Below are positions 26,658 through 27,852 of a stretch of DNA of 27,852 nt, piece by piece. How positions within the stretch are numbered: position 1 is the stretch's first letter; every line of letters begins with the position of its first letter. The stretch is from positions 1-27,852 of the forward strand of contig JBHHYI010000039.1 in NCBI GenBank assembly GCA_046757525.1, read 5' to 3'. The stretch is from a bacterium. Lineage in GTDB: Bacteria > Zhuqueibacterota > Zhuqueibacteria > Oceanimicrobiales > Oceanimicrobiaceae. The translations under genes and the position numbers were made by a program. Below the pieces are notes generated by a model. That model ran no database searches. It was not told the DNA's origin and worked only from the letters and a program-made list of their open reading frames with translations.

Positions 26658-27593
26658 ATGTCTAACGCTGAAGTGAGGAACGTGATAATTATTGGTTCAG
26701 GACCCGCCGGTTATACGGCCGCTATTTACAACGCCCGTGCCATGTTGGAACCTTTAGTTTTTGCCGGACCCGAGCCCGGAGGCCAGCTCACACTTACCAC
26801 AGATGTGGAGAATTATCCCGGGTTTCCAGGGGGGGTCATGGGGCCGGAATTGATGAATGCCATGAAAGAGCAGGCGGAAAAGTTTGGGGCGGACATCCTT
26901 TGGGACGCTGTCACCAGAGTGGATTTTTCCCGTCGACCATTTGCGGCTTACGTGGATGACCAGGCCTACCTGGCCAGGACCATCATTATTTCCTCAGGCG
27001 CTTCAGCCAGACTGCTGGGGCTGGAATCGGAACGCAAGCTCATGGGCCACGGTGTCTCCACCTGTGCGGTCTGCGACGGGGCATTTTACAAGGGCAAAGA
27101 CGTTCTCGTCGTGGGTGGCGGCGACACGGCCATGGAAGATTCAACGTTTCTGACCAGGTTTGCCAACAAAGTGGAAGTGGTGCACCGCAGGGACCAGCTT
27201 CGCGCCTCGAAAATCATGCAAGAACGCGCCTTAAAGAATGAAAAACTGAGTTTTATCTGGGATACCGTCATCGAGGAAATTCACGACCCGGAAAAAAACA
27301 CGGTAACGGGCGTGACCCTGAAGAATGTCAAGACGGGTGCGCTAACCGAAAAGAGGGTGGACGGCGTTTTCATCGCCATCGGTCACAAACCCAACACTGA
27401 GATCTTTCGGGGGCAGATCGACATGGACGATGTCGGCTATATCCGGCCTAAACAGCGAACCATGACCAACGTGGAAGGGGTGTTTGCGGCCGGCGACGTG
27501 GTGGATTTTTATTACCGACAGGCAGTCACCGCCGCGGGCATGGGCTGTCAGGCTGCCATCGACGCAGAGAGGTGGCTCGAGGCACAAGAATGA
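26658..27593 (+). CDS. trxB: Thioredoxin-disulfide reductase
   Basis: 'IIGSGPAGYTAA', 'VENYPGF', redox 'CAVCDG', 'GGGDTAME', 'HRRDQLRAS', 'VFAAGD', 'RQAVTAAGMG'; AAGGAG RBS. Confidence 0.96.
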   Translation: MSNAEVRNVIIIGSGPAGYTAAIYNARAMLEPLVFAGPEPGGQLTLTTDVENYPGFPGGVMGPELMNAMKEQAEKFGADILWDAVTRVDFSRRPFAAYVDDQAYLARTIIISSGASARLLGLESERKLMGHGVSTCAVCDGAFYKGKDVLVVGGGDTAMEDSTFLTRFANKVEVVHRRDQLRASKIMQERALKNEKLSFIWDTVIEEIHDPEKNTVTGVTLKNVKTGALTEKRVDGVFIAIGHKPNTEIFRGQIDMDDVGYIRPKQRTMTNVEGVFAAGDVVDFYYRQAVTAAGMGCQAAIDAERWLEAQE

Positions 27594-27852
27594 AAATCAA
27601 TTTTCGCTGGTTGGTGCAGGCCGCCGCTTTTGTCGGCTGCATTTTTTTCTTCATAAAAATGTGGAACCAATCAAAACTGATGGTCTTGAATTTCTCGGTG
27701 AATGACCTGTTGCTTCTTGGAGTTTACGGAGTCTTTTTCTTGATCTGCTTTTTTCTCATGGCCGTCACCAGCTATCTGAAGCAAAAATTCAACGGGACCC
27801 TGAAGAATCCCATTCCGTTCTTTGAAAAGTTGCTGGCCAAACTCAGGCTGGC
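27590..27852 (+). CDS. Small membrane protein of unknown function (runs off the window end)
   Basis: ATGA overlap with the trxB stop. The frame stays open to the window edge: MKINFRWLVQAAAFVGCIFFFIKMW...LLLLGVYGVFFLICFFLMAVTSYLKQK..., with two hydrophobic helices. Not in the supplied ORF track. Confidence 0.7.
   Translation, partial: MKINFRWLVQAAAFVGCIFFFIKMWNQSKLMVLNFSVNDLLLLGVYGVFFLICFFLMAVTSYLKQKFNGTLKNPIPFFEKLLAKLRL

Overview
Bacterial chromosomal window made up mostly of housekeeping and metabolic genes. Gene content and style suggest a diderm FCB-group organism such as KSB1 or Calditrichota; this is inference only. From left to right: a thiamine-binding/MTH1187-family gene diverges from a tight CPBP protease - Nudix - mltG - pcrA/uvrD - giant secreted TPR operon. 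Next is a minus-strand block encoding an OM beta-barrel with a degenerate OmpA domain, an Lpd/MerA-like flavin disulfide reductase, a 2xCDGSH Fe-S protein and YqeC. Then come isocitrate dehydrogenase, citrate synthase, thiolase and a FadN-type 3-hydroxyacyl-CoA dehydrogenase/hydratase, followed by two different palindromic repeat elements. A 1590-aa minus-strand gene converges on the fad genes, and a Fur-family gene, trxB and a truncated membrane-protein gene diverge from it. The best candidate for an undescribed system is the 1590-aa protein. It joins an AMP-forming long-chain acyl-CoA-synthetase module whose A10 catalytic Lys position is Thr, an unassigned middle region, a protein-kinase-like (pseudokinase) module recognisable by eye, and a C-terminal GNAT acyltransferase. 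It lies between beta-oxidation/TCA-entry genes and a Cys-rich Fur homologue that has lost most of its regulatory metal ligands. I saw no rRNA, tRNA, CRISPR array or transposase.
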